Source: Acaryochloris marina S15 (lineage in GTDB: Bacteria > Cyanobacteriota > Cyanobacteriia > Thermosynechococcales > Thermosynechococcaceae). Taken from it: a stretch of DNA of 32,000 nucleotides. The stretch covers positions 330,001 to 362,000 of the forward strand of contig NZ_CP064923.1 in the NCBI RefSeq assembly GCF_018336915.1. The letters are read 5' to 3'. How positions within the stretch are numbered: position 1 is the first letter of the stretch; each line of letters opens with the position of its first letter. The notes under the pieces were generated by a model that was not told where the DNA came from, searched no databases, and saw only the letters and a list, made by a program, of their open reading frames with translations. Made by a program: the position numbers and the translations under genes. Of this stretch, positions 28,011 to 32,000 are shown piece after piece.

Positions 28011-29801
28011 TTAGCCTCCTTTAGCTACCTGAGAGATGATTTCACCAACAAAACGGCTTGCAGGCACGTCTTGACAATGGATAAGGTCTAAATGATACCG
28101 TCCAGCAGACTGTTCAGTGAAACTGCGATCGCAATAAAATGATTGGACCTGCATGTTCTTTTGTGTGGGCTGATACTGTCCCTCAATGGTCTGGCACTCT
28201 CGATGTGTTACGAGTTTGAGGATCTCATGCAAAAATGCATCTTCGACATGTCTGCCTAACACTCGGCAAGACAACAACAGCGAATCAATTACTGCGTGAG
28301 CATCTTGATAGATAACAATGCAGACTCCTACAATACCGTAGACGCCAAACTTATCTTTCAACTGTAGGTACAAAACATCAGATGTTGAGCAACTGATGAA
28401 ACCTGCAATATCTGCTTCAGAATACCGTTGGGTAGTCAAGTTGAATTGATTTGTTTTTTGAGTCAACTGTGCAACCCGTGGCATAGAGAACTCATCTGCG
28501 AAAGAGATCTCAGCAACCATTTCTAAAGATTCATGGTATTGGGTGATGCTCATGAACTGTTTTTGAGCTTGGGCTCGCTGCTGGGCAGCAGAGTACATGG
28601 CTCCACGGTCTAAGTCTTCTTGAGTTAGGGCTAGCGTATCAAACCAACCACAGCTCGATAACATCTGACGGTATTCTGTAGACCGTTTACGAGGTAAGTG
28701 GATGGTTTCTACTTCGGGAAGCAGTTGTCGAACAAGATTCACTTCAAATTCGCTATCGTCTACAAATACTAAGCTATCAAGTCCTATGTTTAATTCCTGC
28801 GCGATTTGGTGGAGATTGTGGGCTTTGTCATCCCAATTAATTTGGGCACAGGCAATATGAGATTCTTGCAAGACCATGTCAGGGTGATTATGAAATACAT
28901 CCCATACCTCGGCTTCGTTATTCTTACTACACAAGGCAATCAAAATACCTCGATGGTAGAGGTTGAGAATTGCTTGCTGAAATTCGTAGAAGCAAGATCC
29001 AGGATAAGAATTGGCGCTTAATTTTATGCCAGCTAAACCATCTTCACCAATCACACCGCCCCATAGGGTGTTATCACAGTCCAGGACCAGACATTTTTTG
29101 TTTTGTCCTTTTAAGGCCCGAATATACTTAAATACTTCAGTTGCTATCTCGCCTAGTGCCTGTCTCGTATAGGGCGATCTGCCGATATGCCAGTAGCGAT
29201 AGTCAAAGTAATGATGACTACCTAGCCGAGCAAGGGATAAATCTAAATCAACGAAATAACTATTCTCTTGCCCAAGCAAGAGGCTGTGAATAGCAGCATT
29301 TAATCGTTGTATAGTAGCGGTTTGCCCCGTCTGTCTTTGCAGGTCTAGGATTCCCCAGCTTGGATAAAGTGGACGTTCAAAACCCATCCATAAGATCATG
29401 GCTGTGGTTTGACGACGAAGTCCTTGAATAATAGTTTGCGCATACTCCAGAATTCGTTCGCATTCTGAATCTATCTCTTTAGCGGTCAATGTGGGGAAAC
29501 ATTGGGCCAAATGGGCGGATAAAACTTCTAATTTGAGAAAAACGAGAACACAATCTGTTTGACTATTGAAGAGTTGGGAATTATTTGCGATCGCATCTTG
29601 GATACTGCTGTCATATCCCCCCCACTGCACCTGGGCAGCGAAGCCCATTTGATAAGCCCAGTAGGCAAGATACGGTTCGATGGGCTCAACAGTGATGTTC
29701 CGAACAACAGAGATATTCAGCTCAGGCTGATTTTCCACCGATACCTGATTTAGAAAATTCTGAATCTCAGCAAACGTCAACATCATCTTTAAGCCGTACA
29801 T
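28011..29801 (-). CDS. FkbH-like HAD-IIIC phosphatase/acyl-loading enzyme with C-terminal GNAT-like domain
   Basis: 596 aa. HAD motifs are LVLDCDNTLWGGVIGEDG (DxDxT), LCSKN and FVDDSEFE. The C-terminal family pattern is QLTQKTNQFNLTTQRY...DKFGVYGIVG...LLLSCRVLGRHVED. Alternative Met starts at 29786/29783 would remove the overlap with the upstream gene. Confidence 0.85.
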   Translation of the reverse strand: MYGLKMMLTFAEIQNFLNQVSVENQPELNISVVRNITVEPIEPYLAYWAYQMGFAAQVQWGGYDSSIQDAIANNSQLFNSQTDCVLVFLKLEVLSAHLAQCFPTLTAKEIDSECERILEYAQTIIQGLRRQTTAMILWMGFERPLYPSWGILDLQRQTGQTATIQRLNAAIHSLLLGQENSYFVDLDLSLARLGSHHYFDYRYWHIGRSPYTRQALGEIATEVFKYIRALKGQNKKCLVLDCDNTLWGGVIGEDGLAGIKLSANSYPGSCFYEFQQAILNLYHRGILIALCSKNNEAEVWDVFHNHPDMVLQESHIACAQINWDDKAHNLHQIAQELNIGLDSLVFVDDSEFEVNLVRQLLPEVETIHLPRKRSTEYRQMLSSCGWFDTLALTQEDLDRGAMYSAAQQRAQAQKQFMSITQYHESLEMVAEISFADEFSMPRVAQLTQKTNQFNLTTQRYSEADIAGFISCSTSDVLYLQLKDKFGVYGIVGVCIVIYQDAHAVIDSLLLSCRVLGRHVEDAFLHEILKLVTHRECQTIEGQYQPTQKNMQVQSFYCDRSFTEQSAGRYHLDLIHCQDVPASRFVGEIISQVAKGG

Positions 29802-30223
29802 TCTAGAATTTCAACCAGGCCAAATCCGTGTATCTGATAAAAAGACACATTCTGAAAATTGAATAAAATGGCAGGTTTGGGGGGTGAGATCGTAATTATG
29901 CGGTGTTCTTGACGAAGCTTATCAATCGTTTGTTCCACATTCTCACTGACATAGCAGAGGTGGTAAATGATCTGAGCATAATCTGTTAACCACTCATCTA
30001 AGGGACCCGGAGAATCGGTGGGATAGATCAACTCTATATCAGGCATTGATGAATGCTCACCCATCCTCAAATTGACATTCTGCAACTCATCATAAGTTTC
30101 AGGACCAATTTGATAATCTAAATCTCTCAAGAAGTGAATGGCTTTTTGAGGCTTACGGACGGCCAGACCAAAATGGTGGAACTCCAAGCCAAATGGGTTA
30201 GAACTAATCATCGACTTTGCCAA
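29789..30223 (-). CDS. VOC (glyoxalase/bleomycin-resistance/methylmalonyl-CoA epimerase-like) family protein
   Basis: 144 aa. It has FHHFGLAV at the first beta-strand. Its size and beta-alpha-beta-beta-beta pattern are typical of single-module-pair VOC proteins. It overlaps both neighbours. Confidence 0.6.
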   Translation of the reverse strand: MAKSMISSNPFGLEFHHFGLAVRKPQKAIHFLRDLDYQIGPETYDELQNVNLRMGEHSSMPDIELIYPTDSPGPLDEWLTDYAQIIYHLCYVSENVEQTIDKLRQEHRIITISPPKPAILFNFQNVSFYQIHGFGLVEILECTA

Positions 30224-31130
30224 GGATAAGAGCGATATTAATAGGCAGCTTGTCCTGTTCAGATTGAGCTAAGGTCGTTGATTGGTAAGGAATCAACAAT
30301 TGGTGCTTGATATATAAACCACTGGCTTGAACTATGTCTGCAATTTGTTGCGCATGCCCAAATAAATAGATATGGTCAATGGCAGGAGAATTAATACAGG
30401 TCGTGACATGGATATGTGAGGTGTTGTGGGTCAACGCAGCAATCTTTTTCAAGAATTTTTGCGGTTGCTCTACATGCTCTAGTACTTCACCCATGACCAC
30501 TGCATCATATTGATCATTGGGTTCCCAAGCTAGAAAATCGCATTCTTTGATACTGTAGTTTTCAAACTGACCAAAATAACGGCTAGAAAGAATTTTTTGA
30601 GTAAGAAACACACTTGTAGGACTAATATCAACGCCTAAGAACTCTTCATACTGAGAACTTTGCATGGCCTCCATCATGTGAAATCCATGTCCTGGACCAA
30701 TTTCCAAATATCGCCCAGACTGTGTTTTTGGCAGCATCTCCTTGAAAAAATGTTTCATTTGAGCATGATTGGACCATAAAAAAGTTGTTATAGCCAAGCC
30801 ATACATATACATGCTCATGTACTCTTCATTTCGATACACTAAAGATTCAACTTCAGCATAAGACGAATACTTGTAATGACCATGGCGCTTAAAGTAGAGC
30901 TGCTGTGTAAAAGTATCTTTAACAATTAAGTCATAACATTCAGCTAAGTACCCTAATGTTAACTGTTGATCCAGACAATAATTGAGGTATTGAATGAAAA
31001 CCTGAGTGTCGCTTTGTGAAAGAGCTTTCACTGAATCTGCTAAGAAATTGCTTTGGAGTTTGTTAATCCTCAATATTTCTTGAATAAGCTCATCAATCAA
31101 GGGAGCTGATAAACGTTTTGTTGAATGCAT
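30204..31130 (-). CDS. Class I SAM-dependent methyltransferase with about 140-aa N-terminal extension
   Basis: 308 aa. Motif I is RYLEIGPGHGFHMMEA, followed by LGVDIS and then YDAVVMGEVLEHVEQPQKFL. Confidence 0.78.
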   Translation of the reverse strand: MHSTKRLSAPLIDELIQEILRINKLQSNFLADSVKALSQSDTQVFIQYLNYCLDQQLTLGYLAECYDLIVKDTFTQQLYFKRHGHYKYSSYAEVESLVYRNEEYMSMYMYGLAITTFLWSNHAQMKHFFKEMLPKTQSGRYLEIGPGHGFHMMEAMQSSQYEEFLGVDISPTSVFLTQKILSSRYFGQFENYSIKECDFLAWEPNDQYDAVVMGEVLEHVEQPQKFLKKIAALTHNTSHIHVTTCINSPAIDHIYLFGHAQQIADIVQASGLYIKHQLLIPYQSTTLAQSEQDKLPINIALILGKVDD

Positions 31131-31242
31131 ATAAAATTCCTTTTTATTGCTTTTATAATGGACAATAGATATTCGAATAACAGAATCTTTGAGTTAATTT
31201 GTCAAAGCTATAAATGCTTCATTAAGATCCATGCACTTTTAT

Positions 31243-32000
31243 TCAGCCTGTCTGGGTTTTTATGGTTTTTCGCAATAGCTTCTTGATCGCTTTTGATATG
31301 TTAAATGTTAATGAACCTGTATCCCAAACGGTGATTTCTTTAGCTGTATAGATATTAACTGCAGCATCGAAGAAATCTTGCATTTTAAATGTGAATAACT
31401 TGATTCCTGATTGAGTAAATGCTTGTGAGTTGGAGATGTCTAGTAAGCTGAAATAATAGATAGGGTCATAACCTCCTTTGGGGAAAGTTGCAGGGTTTCG
31501 CATATATGTACTGACTAACTGCTCACACCCATCAGATAACTTCACTGTGAATTCCTCTGGATCTTCGTAATAGATTTTATGCTTAAACTTATCTTTGAAG
31601 TGGTCTTCAATCATATGACATGGCGTAAATGCTTCAAATCCAACGCCAATTCCTAAATATTTTGCTCCATCCCCCATGATCTGATAGTAAGGAGACAGAG
31701 GACCAAAGGGGTAAGGAGATTGATGGTGATTGCCAGAGAATAGCTGAGCTTTCTGGCCATATGAAATAGTACTAAATATAGGATTTAGACTGCGCACGGA
31801 GCCTTTTTTTCTTCGAAGTATTTCAGCCATCATGCCGGACTCAGTAGCTGTTTTTTTAATATTAAAAACTTTAGTTTTTTCTGATATTTGATCGCGATCA
31901 ATAGGAAAGCATAGCGTCATTAATGTGCTGTCTTCTCCTAGATAAGTTATGAGATCTTTAAGTAGAGATTTAATAGGAACTAACTTGCCAGTCTTTAGAT
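31243..32000 (-). CDS. AAC(3)/Antibiotic_NAT-fold N-acyltransferase family protein (5-prime partial, runs off window)
   Basis: The frame stays open upstream of Met 31920 to the window edge (…LKTGKLVPIKSLLKDLITYLGEDSTLMTLCFP). Family pattern segments are G..STL..L.FP, ESGMMAEILRRKKGSVRSLNPIFSTISYGQKA, and GPLSPYYQIMGDGAKYLGIGVGFEAFTPCHMIE. They parallel YokD/AAC(3) motifs (GTLvMP; G.i.E.fR....RS.HP..SfaA.G; SPl...LLLGV...nTs.H.aE). Confidence 0.7.
   Translation of the reverse strand, partial: LKTGKLVPIKSLLKDLITYLGEDSTLMTLCFPIDRDQISEKTKVFNIKKTATESGMMAEILRRKKGSVRSLNPIFSTISYGQKAQLFSGNHHQSPYPFGPLSPYYQIMGDGAKYLGIGVGFEAFTPCHMIEDHFKDKFKHKIYYEDPEEFTVKLSDGCEQLVSTYMRNPATFPKGGYDPIYYFSLLDISNSQAFTQSGIKLFTFKMQDFFDAAVNIYTAKEITVWDTGSLTFNISKAIKKLLRKTIKTQTG

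Noticed and set aside
20688-29753. Antisense or alternate-frame ORFs inside island genes (20688..21011, 25504..25695, 25831..26043, 27054..27236, 27591..27791, 28806..29021, 29559..29753).
   Set aside because: Each is nested in a longer ORF that has clear family motifs. AT-rich DNA with few stops in some frames explains them.
31243-32000. AAC(3)-family gene read as an aminoglycoside resistance determinant.
   Set aside because: Only the fold and family are recognisable. The gene sits in an operon-like glycan-tailoring cassette, with no mobile element context, so a biosynthetic N-acyltransferase role is more likely than antibiotic resistance.

Overview
The window is cyanobacterial. Evidence: split rpoC1/rpoC2, a trnL(UAA) gene with a group I intron, and at least 7 HIP1 octamers (GCGATCGC). 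It has two parts. (1) 1-17.4 kb is a roughly 50% GC core region. It holds rpoC1, rpoC2, a proline-iminopeptidase-like hydrolase, a MATE transporter, a Pro/Lys-rich membrane protein, a small single-TM protein, thiG, an ECF sigma/anti-sigma pair, ubiA-type 4-hydroxybenzoate polyprenyltransferase, several uncharacterised genes and the intron-containing tRNA-Leu. (2) 17.7-32 kb is a clearly AT-richer glycan locus (about 25-40% GC in sampled lines), almost all on the minus strand. It has three GT4 glycosyltransferases, four SAM methyltransferases of different families and a Wzy-like polytopic membrane protein. At its right end is a tightly coupled cassette: CE4-like deacetylase, standalone ACP, FkbH-like HAD-IIIC loader, VOC-fold protein, methyltransferase and an AAC(3)-fold N-acyltransferase that is cut by the window end. 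This ACP-dependent acyl-decoration cassette is the best candidate for an undescribed system. Also noted are several exact palindromes and tandem repeats in intergenic regions that may be operators. No transposase, integrase, CRISPR array or rRNA was seen. All protein calls rest on motif recognition by eye, not database searches.
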